From Rhodospirillales bacterium (GTDB lineage: Bacteria; Pseudomonadota; Alphaproteobacteria; Rhodospirillales; UBA2165): a stretch of DNA of 64,000 nt. Of the stretch, positions 62,538-64,000 are shown one piece after another. Within the stretch, counting starts at the first letter, position 1, and every line of letters begins with the position of its first letter. Where the stretch lies: assembly GCA_030745835.1 (NCBI GenBank), contig JASLNU010000043.1, positions 920 through 64,919 of the forward strand, written 5' to 3'. The notes beneath the pieces are model-generated. The model was not told where the DNA came from. It worked only from the letters and a program-made list of their open reading frames with translations, and did no database searches. Made by a program: the position numbers and the translations under genes.

Positions 62538-62615
62538 GAATGACCGCTTTTAGGGTTAGAGCGGACATATATTTTGCGCGCCGGAAGGTCCGGTTCTAGC
62601 CAAGAGCGGTCATTC
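62538..62615. repeat. 11-bp perfect inverted repeat GAATGACCGCT / AGCGGTCATTC separated by 56 bp
   Basis: Arms at 62538-62548 and 62605-62615. The right arm overlaps the GNAT stop codon. An inner CCGGA-AGG-TCCGG hairpin is also present. Confidence 0.5.
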
Positions 62616-63092
62616 GAGTTCGTCAAATGCACTGGCATAATTTACCTGGCATGGTGCCAATCGCGCCTCGCCTAACCAAAGCGCCATAAAGTACGGACCG
62701 GCGTATGAACACGGGAAAGGCTTCGCCGTATCCGCAGAGAAGCCAAAGCGCGTGTAGTAGCTTGGTTCACCCAGAACAAAAATGATCACGCTTCCAAGCT
62801 CTCGCGCATACTGGAGCGCATCGCAGATTAATGCCGAACCAATGCCTTGTGTTTGCTTGCTGGAAGAGACAGCCACTGGGGCCAATGCAAGCGCCTCCGG
62901 TGGGGATTGCAATCGCGAAAGCGCGACATGACCAAAAATCTTACCGTCCAATTCGGCGACGAGTGAAATAACCAAATCTCCGGCGTCGCGAAGATCATCA
63001 ACCAGCTTGGGCTCATGATCCTGCCCGAATGCTTCGGCAATAACACTCCGAATTGCTTCGAAGTCATCTGGGATCTCTGTTCTAATTTCCAT
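62610..63092 (-). CDS. GNAT family N-acetyltransferase
   Basis: 160 aa. QTQGIGSALI acetyl-CoA-binding (Q/RxxGxG/A) motif. Confidence 0.8.
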   Translation of the reverse strand: MEIRTEIPDDFEAIRSVIAEAFGQDHEPKLVDDLRDAGDLVISLVAELDGKIFGHVALSRLQSPPEALALAPVAVSSSKQTQGIGSALICDALQYARELGSVIIFVLGEPSYYTRFGFSADTAKPFPCSYAGPYFMALWLGEARLAPCQVNYASAFDELE

Positions 63093-63405
63093 GGTTCGAT
63101 CATAGTTCGACTAAACCGTCGCAGCCAATTGAGTTGTCCGAATAGGTCACGAAGGGAAGTCCGGGACCATCTCCATTTCCTTCCGCTTTCCTCAACATAG
63201 CCGACATCAAAGCGCCGAATGTCCGCTGCCAAGGACAAAGCGGCCGTAGATCAGAGTAGCTACTGACAGAGAAAAGTAGCTGAGGCAGCCATTACCGGAC
63301 ATTGGCCTTTATGCATCTAATTATTTTAGGTGCTCGTTTGACGATAGCGTACTTGCACATTAAACTTATTCAAAATTTACCTGTCCAATACTGCAAGAGG
63401 GAACG

Positions 63406-64000
63406 ATGGGATCGTCTAATGTCCAGGGACCGCTTTGGAGCACTGCCGCCGAAGTATGGGAGGAAGTGTTCGAGCCGGTCCGCACGCCTCTCTATGAAGC
63501 GATGCTGGATGCCTGCGGAGTGGTGGCCGGGAAACACTTGCTGGATGCGGGATGTGGCAGCGGAGCCGCGTCCAGCCGAGCGGCTTTGCGCGGCGCAATC
63601 GTATCGGGACTGGACGCCGCCGAAGGAATGATCGAACGAGCCCGCCGGCAAGTGCCGGACGGCGACTTTCGGGTGGAAGACCTTGAAGAACTTCCATTCG
63701 ATGATCGCGCGTTCGATGTGGTTGTTGCTTTCGACTCCGTGCAATTCTCCGAGGACAAGGTAGCGGCTATCGCAGAGATGGGGCGGGTATGCCGGCCGGA
63801 TGGAACGGTTGCAATTGCCCTCTTTGACGAAGAGGAAAAGAATGAAATGCGTGTGATCACCTCGGCAATGGCGGAAACCCTGCCCGAACCTCCGAAGGGC
63901 GGACCCTATGCGCTCTCCAAGGCAGGCCTGCTGGAAGACCTGATCGATAAAGCAGGTTTAAACGTTCTCGGCAGTAATAGTGTGCCGCTTGATTACCGTT
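63406..64000 (+). CDS. Class I SAM-dependent methyltransferase (partial, runs off the window end)
   Basis: Not in the ORF track because no stop lies in the window. My own translation of frame 1 from ATG 63406 (AGAGGGAACG RBS) gives MGSSNVQGPLW..LLDAGCGSGAAS (motif I)..PFDDRAFDVVVAF..RVCRPDGTVAIA. Confidence 0.75.
   Translation, partial: MGSSNVQGPLWSTAAEVWEEVFEPVRTPLYEAMLDACGVVAGKHLLDAGCGSGAASSRAALRGAIVSGLDAAEGMIERARRQVPDGDFRVEDLEELPFDDRAFDVVVAFDSVQFSEDKVAAIAEMGRVCRPDGTVAIALFDEEEKNEMRVITSAMAETLPEPPKGGPYALSKAGLLEDLIDKAGLNVLGSNSVPLDYR

Noticed and set aside
1-64000. CRISPR arrays, tRNA or rRNA genes, IS elements, integrases.
   Set aside because: I scanned the intergenic regions by eye. I found no regularly spaced direct repeats with unique spacers, no cloverleaf-like candidates and no transposase or integrase-like ORFs. 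A tRNAscan or Infernal run would be needed to rule out small RNAs formally.

Overview
High-GC, alphaproteobacterium-like chromosomal segment that is almost entirely protein-coding. I found no rRNA, tRNA, CRISPR array, transposase or integrase by eye. The backbone is acyl-CoA and aromatic-type catabolism. It holds two acyl-CoA dehydrogenases plus a third next to a decarboxylase, two crotonases, two thiolases, a thiolase-like/DUF35 pair and 3-oxoacid CoA-transferase A/B. It also holds an ADP-forming acyl-CoA synthetase, an HMG-CoA-lyase-like enzyme, LigB-type and VOC-type dioxygenases, a Rieske oxygenase and two FAH hydrolases (one frameshifted). Further genes are two TPP enzymes, SDRs, a luciferase-like monooxygenase, three MFS transporters and three signal-peptide-less arylsulfotransferase-like beta-propeller paralogs. 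A complete Na+-translocating glutaconyl-CoA-decarboxylase-type cluster sits at 45.9-50.8 kb. Sensory genes are a 1028-aa chemoreceptor and a class III cyclase-TPR protein. Housekeeping-type genes are purC, hydroxypyruvate isomerase and an MlaC-like protein. Four visibly AT-richer insertions interrupt this backbone. (1) 11.17-13.44 kb has three orphan genes, one PIN-like, and is flanked by a 39-bp imperfect direct repeat. (2) 22.85-24.0 kb is an overlapping RHH-regulator plus minimal-nucleotidyltransferase pair behind twin palindromic operators. (3) 32.8-34.7 kb is a phage remnant with an orphan small terminase. (4) 50.8-51.8 kb is a lipoprotein gene flanked by a duplicated 3' gene end. Non-coding highlights are a 56-bp near-perfect palindrome in a divergent promoter region (19171-19226) and a REP-like hairpin family with a conserved loop and co-varying stems. 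All calls rest on reading the translations and the DNA by eye. No database search was run, and start codons were adjusted manually from RBS context.
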